Assembly: GCA_951406725.2 (NCBI GenBank)
Contig: OX597833.1
Coordinates: 20,026,001-20,090,000 of the forward strand
Length of the DNA stretch: 64,000 nucleotides
Reading direction: 5' to 3'
Source of the DNA: Octopus vulgaris
Lineage: Eukaryota
How positions within the stretch are numbered: the stretch's first letter is position 1; the number at the start of each line of letters is the position of its first letter. Under the pieces are notes generated by a model that was not told the DNA's origin, searched no databases, and was given only the letters and a program-made list of their open reading frames with translations. A program made the translations under genes and the position numbers. Shown here in pieces: positions 63,692 to 64,000 of this stretch.

Positions 63692-63870
63692 TAGGTGTAA
63701 GCATGGCTGTGTGGACAAGAAGCTTGCTTCTCGACCATGTGGTCTTGGGTTCAATCCCACTGTGTGACACCTTGGGTAAATGTCTCCTGTTATATCCTCA
63801 GGCTGGGGAAAGGCTTCTGAGTGAATTTCATAGTGGGAAAATGAAAGAAGTGTGTGTGTGTGTGTGTGTA
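63692..63870 (+). mobile_element. SINE family A, 5' half
   Basis: TGGCTGTGTGG...GGTTCAATCCCACTG...CCTTGGGTAA, ending at (TG)n. Confidence 0.75.
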
Positions 63871-64000
63871 AAATTAAATCTGATTATGTGAGCCCATCTG
63901 CAATTTCTTTGTGACTCAGGGAAAATTTGCAAATAACAAGTGTGTCTTACATCACACTATAGCTCATATATTTAGAACATTTTAGACAGCGTCATATAAT

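Overview
AT-rich, repeat-saturated eukaryotic non-coding DNA (intronic or intergenic). The repeat content is typical of an octopus or other coleoid cephalopod genome; this assignment is an inference. There is no intact protein-coding gene and no rRNA or tRNA gene. The ORF-track entries I could assign come from microsatellites, SINEs or decayed transposons. Contents: (i) about 25 copies of a ~400-bp tRNA-derived SINE with an internal (TA/TG)n tract (family A); (ii) about 15 copies of a ~230-bp SINE with a Meta-domain-like core (family B); (iii) about 15 3' ends of an RTE-clade LINE, some still attached to RT-coding sequence and some with a hypervariable 62-65-bp repeat array in the 3' UTR (family C); (iv) other tRNA SINEs; (v) CR1-like and BovB/AviRTE-like LINE stubs; (vi) four decayed mariner transposons; (vii) piggyBac-, hAT- and mariner-type MITEs; (viii) many microsatellites. 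The most notable signal is a cluster at 43.8-46.8 kb of palindromic and tandem elements carrying type-I hammerhead-ribozyme-like motifs: a 374-bp tandem unit of retrozyme or Penelope type, and a 265-bp palindrome with a hammerhead motif on each strand. A few small candidate exons with good splice signals are reported at low confidence. Coordinates of degenerate repeats are approximate.
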